Positions 13,100 through 25,300 of a DNA stretch of 64,000 nucleotides are shown piece after piece. A program made the position numbers and the translations under genes. Location: positions 20,336,001 to 20,400,000 of the forward strand of contig JBHGNT010000011.1 of the NCBI GenBank assembly GCA_043228905.1, given 5' to 3'. Origin of the DNA: Azolla caroliniana (Eukaryota; Plantae; Polypodiophyta). The first letter of the stretch is position 1. Each line of letters starts with the position of its first letter. Below the pieces are notes generated by a model. It searched no databases. It had not been told where the DNA came from and was given only the letters and a program-made list of their open reading frames with translations.

Positions 13100-13412
13100 C
13101 ATAGTAAGTAAAATACTGGAGTCTGGAATGCATAGGCAAACATTCCTTTTTTGTACACGTTTTACCTTATCTTTCTTACCTTATAATAAATAATAAGTAC
13201 AAAAGTGTGGTATTTACCATAGTACGTAATATACTTGAATGCATTGGCAAACATTCTTTTTTCATACGAATGTGAATGTTATCAAAGCATTCTTATGTTT
13301 TCTTTTACACTTTTTACCTTATAATAAATAATGAATACAGAAGTATGGTATTTACCATACTTGAATGATTGAAACATTCTCGAAAGCAAATGCACTTATG
13401 GTTCATACTATG
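13100..13412. mobile_element. hAT-type MITE, family A, with internal duplication of its left part
   Basis: Termini CATAGTA...TACTATG. 8-bp TSD TCCTAGAG (13092-13099) / CCCTAGAG (13413-13420). A second left terminus CATAGTACG begins at 13218. Homologous to 55816-56066. Confidence 0.8.
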
Positions 13413-14700
13413 CCCTAGAGCAACGCCACGCTTTTTGAAACTACAATTCAACATACGTTTTACAATTCTTCCTAAACCATGTCAATACCAAGGAGGTAGT
13501 CTAGATAAATAAATATATTGTTTATAATTCCCATACAGCGCAATAAGTTAGGGGAAAGTGGATCAAAACTACATAAGTTTGTACCGAACCTTTACATAGG
13601 GCAAAAAGGGCTTAGGATGAGGAGTTTTGGGGTGATATCCTTGACTTTTAGCATAACAAGTGTACCATCAACGACAATATCGCCTTGGTCATTGTAAGCC
13701 TCCCACTCACTCTTATGATTCATTACGAATTAATATAAAAAATATGTTGATGATATTGTATGACCCCAAATGTTACCCTTAGTATCTTGGATGTTTTCCA
13801 ATGCCGACCAATACTCGACCACCAAATGAGAACCCTTTGAAATTGCCTATATAACGTAGACAAATTCTCTCACTACCTCCACATCGACCATCCCACCTTA
13901 TTTTTACTTGTCATGATATCACCATTAATGGGAAGTTCACTCATTGGATGATGCAACCCTAGGATCTCCAAATGTTATCTTCCACTAGCCATGCACAAAA
14001 TACAATCATGGTAAGTTATCTTTCAAAATTGGAATTCGTCACAAGTGGCTTTGATGGCACAAATTATAGACGTGGTAAACCATAATACTACACAAATAAG
14101 TGATCTAAAAGAAAGTGTAGTCAGAACGAATGAAGTGTTGATATAGTAAGCACCAAGCAAGATTAAGGACTAAAAGAAACTAGAGATGGTTGAGGATAAG
14201 GAAAGTGACGACCACGAGGAGATATATTTGCCGTATGAGGTTATAACCTATGACCATCTGAAGGCCACCCTGGAAAACTAGTGCGAGAAAGTTCTCGGTA
14301 GCCAACTAGGTGATGGGAATGAACAAAGACGGGAGAATGCACCAGTGTCAATCTTCGGACAAAAGTATCAAATCCGAGGTGTGAAAGAAAGCATGTGCCA
14401 ACCTTTAGGGTAGCCCACGGCCGACCCTTGAAAACCAGTGCGAGAAGGCCCCCCCACCTTCTTCAGACAAAACCATCCAATCCAAGTTTGAAAGCATGTT
14501 TAGGGTATGTATTAGTTTTGTTCGGACAAAACCATCCTGATCCAATCCAAGTGTGAAAGCATGCTATTTAGGGTATATATTTTGTAAGGAACAAAAACAA
14601 ATTCAGGAAACAGAGTTGCCTAAGTCAGCTGCTATTACTACCAATTAATTGTTGACATTCCTTTTCTCCCTTTCCTATTGGAAGAGGAAGAAAAGAGAAA

Positions 14701-14710
14701 ATTAGGGTTT
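14701..14710 (-). promoter_or_regulatory. Telo-box (AAACCCTA) upstream of the ARM gene
   Basis: attagggttt lies about 200 bp upstream of the ATG at 14905. The telo-box is a known plant promoter/5'UTR motif. Function here is inferred. Confidence 0.35.
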
Positions 14711-14904
14711 TCTGCAGGGTCCTTCTTCGTAACCGTACAGATATTAGGGCTCGTCTCTGAATTATTCCCCCCCTAACCCCCTTCTCGTGTTTTATACATA
14801 TGTAATTGATCTCTTTTCAAGGGCACCTTTCTATATAGCATTTGTGTTTTAGGTTTTCGTTTTGCTCTGCCCCTTTGTCTTCCATTAATCCTTCCTTCTC
14901 GCCC

Positions 14905-15780
14905 ATGGATTTGAAGCTCCGTTTGGTGCTTCCTCTGGTCTCCAAGCTCGCGTCGACATCGACGGATTTGCAGAGAGAAGGCGTGAGGGAGCTCCGATTG
15001 CTCGCTAAATTTGATCCTGAGAATCGAACCGCCATCGCAAAAGTAGGTGCTATTCCCCTCTTGCTCAAGTTAGTTTCCTCTACCCCCGACCCGAAAATAC
15101 AGGAAAATTCTATCACAACCTTATTAAACCTCTCCATTTCCGAACCCAACAAAACAGTGATTATTAATGAACCTGCAGTGATGGATGTTCTCGTTCACAG
15201 TCTCATGGCAGGACATACCATGGAGACAAGGGAGAATTCGGCTGCCCTTGTCACGAGTCTAATGACTGTAGAAGAACATCGACCTCTTGTAGGGCAGGGC
15301 GATGGTGTGATAGAAGCCCTTCTCGATCTTCTTCTGAATGGATCGGCCCGAGGCAAGAAGGATGCCCTAAAGGCACTTTTCTACATTGCTACATGTGCTG
15401 AGAATCGATCTTTGCTGATAAGAACGAGTGGATTGATGGATATGCTCACCTCTTTGCTTATGCAAAGATTATCAGGGCTTGTAGAAGATTCGTTAGCAGT
15501 TCTATCTCAAGCTTTGGCTTGTCCAGAGAGTGTGGAAGTGGTCTCTGGGATCCCCACCATTTCTGTGATCATGGATTTGCTCGACACCGGAACATCAAGA
15601 GCACGAGAGAATGCAGCCGCAGCATTGCTTAACTTTTGCATGTGCGGAGGACCTCAGGCAGTAGAGCAAGTTATGAATATGAAATCATGTGTGAGTTCCC
15701 TCTATTCTTTGCTTGAGACAGGGTCCTCTAGAGGCAAGGGTAAGGCTAGTGCCTTGTTACAAATTTTGCTTGTGAGCTGA
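14905..15780 (+). CDS. Armadillo-repeat protein (PUB-like ARM region, no U-box), 291 aa, single exon
   Basis: First ATG is at 14905. PUB-type ARM motifs ELRLLAK..PENR..IAKVGAIPLL, QENSITTLLNLSI, ETRENSAA, GSARGKKDA, RARENAAAAL and GSSRGKGKA are present. Confidence 0.88.
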   Translation: MDLKLRLVLPLVSKLASTSTDLQREGVRELRLLAKFDPENRTAIAKVGAIPLLLKLVSSTPDPKIQENSITTLLNLSISEPNKTVIINEPAVMDVLVHSLMAGHTMETRENSAALVTSLMTVEEHRPLVGQGDGVIEALLDLLLNGSARGKKDALKALFYIATCAENRSLLIRTSGLMDMLTSLLMQRLSGLVEDSLAVLSQALACPESVEVVSGIPTISVIMDLLDTGTSRARENAAAALLNFCMCGGPQAVEQVMNMKSCVSSLYSLLETGSSRGKGKASALLQILLVS

Positions 15781-18687
15781 TGAATGAGCAAAGTTTGGGG
15801 ACCAATTTTAGTATTTTCATTTGATAGTTGATGCTTTTCATCAATGAATCAAATCCTCTTTAACAAAAACAAAGGAGACCCAATAGCTAATTGGGTCATC
15901 TACCCACATATAAGTGTTTGGGTTTAATTACTGGATCACATAGCTATACACCTTATATACTAGATGTCTAATTCACTTTGTTATATAGTGCTTCTGTGAT
16001 CCTTTGATCACATTCTTAACACATTGTCATACCTCAAGTATGATAACAGTCCTTACAAATTATTATGTAAACTGTGTATGATCACACTCTTACATTTTTT
16101 ATATACTGCTTAACATTATTGTGCTAGGAAGTCCTCTGTCTCAAGAAATATACCTTGTACCAATGAAAAATTGGCTTCCCAAGTCCAGTTTTTGTATATT
16201 TCATACTTTAAACTCGGTTACTGTATATACCATTGTAACAATGGAGAGTTGGGCTTCACAAAAGTCCATAAGGCTCCATACTTCTAAAAATGTTTGTGAA
16301 TCAATTTGTATGTTGTATTACTTTGTGGCTATTCCTACATCTTTTTTGCTTCCTTAGATTGGATTGAAGGTGTCCTCCCCATCGTCTCTTGGTATTGGTG
16401 GTGATGTTTCTGAGTTTTTGAAGAGTCTCAGTGAGACAAGGGTTGCCCCTATTGACTTTGCAAGGTTACTTGAAGAAAGGGTTTATTTTCTAACACACTT
16501 CTCTTTACATTTAGCATTTTCAATGAAATCAGAATGTTGATAAGACTTATCGGAAGTGTTTGTTTCAATATTTGTCTCTCTGATTTTCAATGAAACTTTA
16601 AAAACGTTTTCGCAAAATTTATATTCCTTATGAACTGCAATCAGCAATGTAACAAATCTAAAGTATGCCTAAGCACCCTTAGATCAAAAGTCAGGCCTTT
16701 CCCACGAAGTTAACCTGGCATGACTTTATGATTAAATATAGATGAATATTTATTTCTCATTAGACATTCAATTGATGAATGATAAATTATTGAAAACTAC
16801 CTTGAATTAGTCTTGGTTACTAGTCTTCACTCAGACATTTAAACATGTGTTTTGGACCCATATAAAATTAACTTGGTCAAGTCTTGCTTAAAGGCCTTTT
16901 CTGGGCATCTACTAACCATTATAATGAATCCTATGAGTTTTGGGTAAGTTCATGGACGTTGCGAATCTTTGAATGAACCAAGTTTGGTAATTTGAAATAC
17001 ATGATTGGATTTTCATGTATGAGAGAAATTGGAAGGCTATATATATGGGTTCTCTATATCCATTGGTGACTAGCATGTATGTTGTCTTCGGAGTTTGTCC
17101 TCTACTTGTATACTGCCAAAGACCAATATTTTGTTTTAGACTCCAACATTAGAACGTATGGATCATCTCATTGAAAGTTTGAAATTCAAGAAATCAGAAA
17201 ATCGGCTATCAGAATTATGCTTTTGTTAGTGAGATAATAAATAAAGCATGGAAGGTGGGTGTGAACTTTGAAGTCCTTTTCTTCATCCATGTTGCACTAA
17301 ACTCTATGTTGATGTGTGCATACAAACTTGTTCTAGAGACATATACATACAAATGCTTGCTAAGAGTCCATTGTTTCAATCACGAGTTTATGGTGCTGCA
17401 TTACCCTAACCCTAAACAAAGCTTGTCCTGTTATGATGAGTGTTTGTTTGTGATTCTCTTTTCTTAATGATAAATAACAAAGTGTTTAAGATGAAACTGG
17501 CCACACATCCATGGAGTGGTACAATGTTTGTATGTGATATAATGTTTTAGTTGGGAAATTAGGTATCATGTACAAGAGTGAGTGAGCTTATGAGAAACCC
17601 TAGAAAGGCAAGACACAAAGGTGATGTAGTGGTAGATCAATTAAATTGCATTAGTTAGGATATTCAAAATATTTATCTATTTTTTGAAAGAAATGAGTTG
17701 ATTTGAAAACAACGAATATATTAAGATATACGATTTGTTATTAATTGTAAGTGTGCTTGAATAAGAGAAACCTAAATTCTTTGGATAAGTGTGTGCTACT
17801 CGAATAACCTTTTGTCAAATTGCAATATTTTGTTTATATAGATGTACACAACCTGAATAACCACATTTGTCATCACAACAGTTCATATCGGTGTACATTA
17901 CCTAAATAATCAGTAGTGGTTGTCTCGAAATCCAACATGCAAAGCAAATATGAATCACAAGCTTTTAAAAAGATTCAAGTTACCAATCAAGTAGGCTTAC
18001 GAGAAACAAAGAGAAGTGATGTAGTAAAAAGAACAAACATGTGTAAACACGTTACACATCCATCTCTTAACATTTTGAATCACTAAATAACCTCAAGATG
18101 TCATTACCCAAATGAACTTAACAAAAATAATCCAAAATTAGTCTAGGTCTATAAAACTAAACTGATAAATCATGCTAAGCAAATCTAGTATTTTAAAAGA
18201 TAAGGACATGAAGATCTATTGCCAATGCTTTCTACCAATAGACAAGATGCACTTGGTAGTTCCCAAACTATGTACAGCTATGATCTCAATGTACACGTAG
18301 ATGCTTCTCAATTGGGTATCAAGATCATAGGTAATTTGTAGTTTTAGTGAGCTACTTAAGTTAATTGTAATGATTAAGATAGGTTTATAAGAATAATTGG
18401 CGAGAGATTGTATCAATGCCAACACATTTCATGATTATTTGTTTTAAGCAAAAGTACTACGTGTGGGTTTCTTATTGGCTCAAGTGAATCACGATGTGTG
18501 CGAATCCATGATTCTCGAGTGTGAGTGAGCTTCACTCACTCTTGAATCGATGTTGTGTAACCGCGGTGATTGGATATAGATACGTCTTGAGTTTGATACT
18601 ATTCTCCAATGTGAACACAAGATTGAATCACAATGGGAATTGTGACCACGGGCGACCAATACCAGCTCGTTGAGTCTAACGTGCATA

Positions 18688-18750
18688 TAGCAATGGGCAC
18701 GGTTTCGGCTCGAACCGAACCGAACCGTTAAGCCATGGTTTCACAGTGCA
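18688..18750. mobile_element. Possible terminus of a hAT-like MITE (AACCG subterminal repeats)
   Basis: tagcaatgggcacggtttcggctcgaaccgaaccgaaccg loosely resembles the reverse complement of 55400-55435. No partner TIR or TSD found. Confidence 0.3.
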
Positions 18751-21700
18751 TACTGACTTGGGTAAACGATACTTCTCCTCCTAAGATTAGAGAAAATAGG
18801 GTTTCTGGTCAGGGTTGGCTGTTATGACACTTTGGTCTTCTATATGTTATATGAAGTAATAAATTAGGGTTTTTAAGCGCTTGTCTTTTTCAATCGAACG
18901 TTACCTTCTCTTAATTGTTTTGTCTCTTTAGTAGAAGTTGGGGTGTCCCATTTACTGTCTTCTAATCAAGAACTAGGGTTCCTTTATTTTCTATTTCCGA
19001 GTTTCAAATTTTAGGGCTTACAAATCGAAGAACTTTTCAAGAAACAAGTTTATATCTTAGAATTTGTAGGCAAACCCCCCTAACTAATGGTCTCTTGAGA
19101 ATTGTCCAGCAAATCTCTTATATATATTTTGATATTCGGGTTTTCATCAACTCAGACACTTATCCGGGCTCAAGGGTTCGCATATGTACTCCCCCAAGAC
19201 AAAACACTCTTTTTCTTGAAATGTTTCGTTCTACTTGGATTAATGACGAAATGCCTACACCTTTGGGTCCAATCGATATATTCTAAACACTTACTCACTA
19301 CTCAAGGATATGTTCAGCGGGCGTTAATTCACCTCGCTGATTAAGAAGCTCTCTTACCGCTTGCTCGTTAGATGATTGCACGTTATATTCTTCTTGTGAC
19401 TAAATTTTGGTCAAGAATTATTAGATTATGTTGCCAAAATATTAGATCATGTTGTTTAACTACAAGTAAGTCTTCCACGTTCATCTTCTCATTTACTATT
19501 ATCGCACTTGCACCTTTAAACTCAAACTACTCTCGATAGTTAATTAAGGCATCTTTATATGAAATATTGGTGGAATCATGATGAAAATAGAACCCACTTA
19601 CTTTTCAAGTAGATAATGACGATTTCTCTTGAATGAAAATGTCTTGTCATTCAGTTTTCTTTCATTCTCCACTACTACTAGTATAAAAAATGACAAACCA
19701 CTAGATTTCTCGCCTTTTTGCAAGTGTTAATGTTTTCGATATGGATGTAGACATGGGCATACCCTTAGATCTATGCATATTTATTATCTATTGGTATTAT
19801 CTCTTCAATTTTAATGATCTATATCCTTGTTCATCGGCTTCTTTCAATTCTCTTATTGCCTATTTTACTTTTGTTACATATTCTTCCTTTTTCTTCGTCT
19901 TTTGCTTATATCTTCCTCTACTATTCTTGTCTACCCCCATCAATTGGCATTCAATTTTTGATTATGAGCTTTCCCAAACACATAATTTCCCATCTTACAC
20001 AAAACATTGCCTTATCCTCGACTTCTTGGATCCCACCGCTGATCTTCTTGGACTTTAGCTCCTAGTCTTCATCAACTTCAACTTGACTTACATCGTGTTA
20101 GTCCTCCGTTCCAAACTCTTTGAGAATGGAACATGAACCTCCAATCCAAAAACATAACTGCAATAGATCAAACTCTATCACCTGATGAAAACTCTAAATG
20201 ACGACTACGACAACTTTCTGTCATTGGGCACTTGTGGACCTATATGGTCAAAAGCCTTCCTCATCAAAGGTAGGTGTGATTCAACAAATGAAAGTTTGCA
20301 AATCACAATTGGAAATCTTCCTCATCAAAGGTAGGTGAACATTAGACACAACATTTAGACATCGAACAAATATGTCAATCTCACACCAACCTTAAAGCAA
20401 TTGAGCCTGGTTTCTCATTGAGGAGTTTACAACCAATAAACTTACTACCACACCTCCCTACAAGTAAGTTAACACACGTGCTAGACGAGGTCCTAATGTC
20501 ATTTTAGGTCACTTTCATGAAAAGCTGAACTTTGGAAAGTCAATCTAGATGCCTAACGATGTAAGACATACCACCTATTCCAACATTAGGTAACCAACTC
20601 TCCTTCCTATCATCATCGACCACATGCACACTTTATTCTGTGTTCTTCTTTTTATCAATTATATACATGGCTAAAACATCTTGTTCTTTCTTCATATTCT
20701 CATGTAGACGCAATAGAAGTTTAATTGCAAGTGTACTTTGAAGTACTTAAGAGATTAACTTTAAGGATTTCTTATCAATGTTTGGTTGCAAGTGATGTGA
20801 CCTACATCAAGTTCACCTCTCGACTTCCTATATTTAGTTGACTTATAAACTTTGGATATACCTTGAAATATGTAATTTGTGCTACAATGGATGTGATCGA
20901 AAATGATACAATGAGAGAGACACTAGGTTTCTTTGTACAATGTTCTACAGTGTCGTGCGTAGGTGTGCATGTAAAGACCCTAGGATTGGATATTTACATA
21001 AGACTATGCATGATTAATGTTTAACTAAAGGCTACGTTGAGCATTTGGTAATTTCTTTTAAACGTACCATAGAGGAACTTTAAAGTTGGTTTCTTGTAAT
21101 AATTACCACACTCTCCATGAGATGGATTGGGAAAACTATTTCAACTGTGCATGATACTTCAATAAGTAAATACATGAATAAAATGCCCAATTGTCCAACA
21201 TTGGATCCCATTGTTGGACGACTTAAAAACCATGTGCTTGTGAATTGTGCCGAAGTTTTCTCCTTTCATCTCTATTGTATGATTAGAAATGTCTCTATGA
21301 TCATCTCATATGAACTTATCAAGTGGTTTATTGTGTACTAGCATCATGTTTTGGGGGATTAGACTATCAAACCCAACACTTAGACTCTTATTACTCGATA
21401 TTTGTACAAGCTTTACTTTTAAAACGTAGAACAGATTACAAGAATATTGTTGAAATTAACATTTAATAGAGTATGTACGGTTATATATCATATTATGGGA
21501 GATTTAGTAACACATTCTATAGCTTGAAGAAACATGTTGTTACTTATAATATCCCCATAGCTTTAAACGATTCTAAGGAAAAGAATAGGAATAAACTATA
21601 TCTAAACGTAGACTCATAGCATCCCAAAAGCGTGGTAGTGGAGAAAGAATTTCTTTCTAAAGGGACACGATCTTGTAAAAATAAAAAGTGAGGGTTGTAC

Positions 21701-22337
21701 TAGATCAACATTGTGATTACTTTTTGCCTATGGCAAACAAGGATTACTTTTCTGTGAAGTAACATAATGTTTTGACAAATTTCAGTAGCATTATATTCTT
21801 AATGAATTAAACCAACCTTATTTTAAAAAATTCATCGAAAGCTATGTGGACTATGTGTGGAAAGGTATCACCAACCATCAAGTGAGCAATGGCATGTCAA
21901 GTCACAATGTATGTATACAAAGTGTAGATTGCACTACTTTTAATAATATTGCATCAATCCAACCTCATATTTGCAAGAAGTTACAATGGAGTAAATTGCT
22001 AAAGATCCACGAAATCCGGTAAAAGCAGATAAGAGAATGATAGACCTATGTGTGTGTCATACGGATGGCATATACAAAAGGCAAGGCGACATATATTAAT
22101 CTGCATTTCGTGCCGACGGGCGAAAGGTTCTAAAGGAAGATCGATAGTGACAAGCACTCGGAGAGCGAGAATATCAAGTTGTTGCACCCATACAATCCTT
22201 GGTGTAAATGAGCTGGATGTTGCGGAACAAAGTGGTTTATGTAAAAAGCTTGTTATAACATGTCTATACAAAAAAATGTGTATAAAAAAACGAATTTTAA
22301 ATGCTAAGCGGACAAGTGTGAAAGCAGAGCTTAAATT

Positions 22338-25300
22338 TTAGTGTTTTTTCTTAGATTTGAACAAACGGCCTAACCCGGAACCGGATGGGGATGGCTCTTT
22401 AGTAGTTGTGGTGGTAGTAGTAGTAGTAGTAGTATTGGTAGGATGGAAGGCCATGTCCATGGCCATGTTGCGTCCCGTGCTGTTCAATTGGTCGTAGTAG
22501 CGGGCAGGCGACTTAGCTGGCGACATTACACTGGACTGCTGATGTGGACTGTGGTACAATGTCAATGCCAGCTGGTGCCCGTCGGTCTCCACATCATCTA
22601 GTGGGCCGTCTCCGGGTGGGGCCCATCCCGCACCGTTATACCGGTTGCTATTCGTGTAGAACTGTGGGGACGGCCCCATGTAGACTTGCCCGGACATCCG
22701 CATCGCGGCTTGTTGCTCGTAAGCGTGGTGGTGTTGATCGAGGAAGGGCGGTGGTGGGGTACCCTGTGGTCCTGACATGGTGTAGCGCGGGAACCCGCTC
22801 CGAGGCGGGGCCGGTTCATCCACATCATATAAGGCCCCACTGCCACCGCGAGGCACACTGCCATTGTGGGACCAATTCGCGGAGCTGATGCGGGGGGGTG
22901 TGAGGGGCGGGCCGTGCCGGCGGTTCATGTTGTGGTGGTGGTTATGGTGGTACCGGGCCGAGGACGGGGGATTGGGTTCCTCCATGTTAATGTAAGTGTT
23001 GGTATGGTGGTGTTGGTTAGAGTATGGGTGTCCTGCCGCGGCCGCGAGAAGGGACGCGGAGTCCATCGAGGATGACGCGGTATCGAATGAGCCTCCCGGT
23101 GAATGGCACCCGGGAGGGGATGATAGTGCAGTAAGCTGCTTCCCCAAGGCTAGGATGGTCCTTTGGCATTCCCCTAGCTTCTCTTTTGCTGCCACTAGCT
23201 CCCGTTCCTACTCACACCCCACACACACACACACACACACAAATCTATTAATGTAATGTACACTTTGATGTTATGGTAAATACTAAAATTTAACCATTTG
23301 GTTTACTACACTTCCGTTCCTTTTCGGCACGACGTTAAAATGGAGGAAAAAACATCACACAAACTCTGGCGTGCTCACATCAAGATAATATTGACAAGGT
23401 TTGGTATTCAATACCATTGTGTGGTTGTGTAAAGGGTAATGTCGACAAGGTCTTGTAAACACTAACATGTGCTCGTATAAGGGGAGCTTGATTGAGTGTT
23501 TGGGCTAATATTGACCAAGGTCTAATAATATCGATGTAGGATGCATTGGTACACCGTACAAAGTTTTGCCTAATTTCTAATTACCGTATGATAATAATTA
23601 CCTTATGAGATGAGTATCTTTATTAAAATTACCAAGTACCAGAGTACTATAATGGGCACTTTTGATGTCTTCTCTTATATGAAAGTGGCCAACCATGTGT
23701 AAATCCGATAACCCAAATATTTGTCACTTGCTTTAAGGGACCAAGTTATTAAAAATAGGGTGCTCACTCTTACACACCCGAAAAAGTATGTTGGTTCATC
23801 TTTTTCAATGTCATGTATATGCACTTTGATCCAAAAGTGAATCACCTAGTTTCATAAAGGAGTAGAAGTAAATATATTTGGGCTCACTTTGTGACTACGC
23901 ACATCCATATAATTTATAGGTTTAAAGAGAGAAAGCATATTTACGGGATACCTACTAATGAATATAAGGCATATATTTATAGTTTCCTTTTTCTACTAAT
24001 GATAGATGTCTATTCTTGGTGTCATGTGCATTAGTTGTATTCTAGAATGCATCATGTTACCAAAGTGAGCACTTTCTGTTTTCACTTTTACTCAATGCAA
24101 CATTTCATTAAAAAACAATGATTTGGATAGGTTTTCCAATTCCTTCTCAATAGATGATGTTGAATGCACAATGTAGGATATGATTAACAATCTTGAACAT
24201 TTGGATGACCCTTTTATTTACATATACATTCATTCTCATGAATCCATTATACCAATCCTTAACATTAAATTGACTTGACAAACATCGACCTAATAAGTTT
24301 TAGAAATGCGTCAACCCAAACCTCCCCTTTCAAAAACCCATAAGAAATTTTCTGTTGAATTTTAATGACATAATCAGGGTAACTTCTAGACATTCTGACT
24401 AGTCCTCCCATCAATTATTTACTTCATGTTTATCCTTCACTACCTAACATTCAAAGTACGTTGATTGTAAATCTTTGGAAAATTTTACAACTCCTTTACA
24501 TTGAACATATCCTTGACCTAGATCCTAGGAAACTTTCAAAACATTTAGGTCATCCATCAATTAGAGCTTAAACCAATGGGTATATATATTATGTGTTGTG
24601 ATTTATGAAGAACTTGACACAACATACACATACGTTGTGATTTTGTGCGTGTTTTGTGAAATTGATGTAGAAACAAAATGCAAGGACAAATTTAAAAGTG
24701 GGTAGATGATTTGCACACATGTGAGGAAACCCGCAAGTTAAAAGTCCAAAGGAGCATCAACAAAGAAGGGGCATTAATTTCACACAATTTTCAATAAATA
24801 AAAAAGGAATGAAATTTGCCTATATGTATTGCAGACTACCTTGGTGTTCAGTATTGGTATGAATTGGATGATTATTGGGAAATGACTTTTTACATATGAA
24901 TGGTACTTTGCTAATTGACAAGTATACTCAATGTAATGGTTTTAAAGAAGAAGCCAAAGACAAAGAAAGTAATTCATGGGATGAAATCTCGATATAGATG
25001 ACAAGAAACGTTAATTGTGGTAAAACACCAACTTTGTTGAGTGAAATCATGAGCCTTTCCTAACTCATAGAGTCTGAAAAGCCTCTCCTTGGCTTAGAAA
25101 GCACTTGTTTAATTTAATTTAAATCTTTTAACAACCGAAGATAAAGAAAAACATGGAGGAAAAGAAACGATAAAGAAGTCGTGAAGGGAGATGAAATTTA
25201 TATAAAACAGGGCTCAACAACTTATTCGAGGGGAAAGACCAAGCTATTAATCACAAACAATGACACATGAGTCATGATACATACAAAACACACGCACACA

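Noticed and set aside
19095-20065. Short ORFs at 19095-19344 and 19741-20065
   Set aside because: No recognisable domains or splice context. Probably decayed TE sequence.
20256-20337. 21-bp direct repeat CTTCCTCATCAAAGGTAGGTG with a 40-bp spacer (CRISPR-like geometry)
   Set aside because: Only two copies, no cas genes and a eukaryotic context. Better explained as a small duplication or insertion scar.
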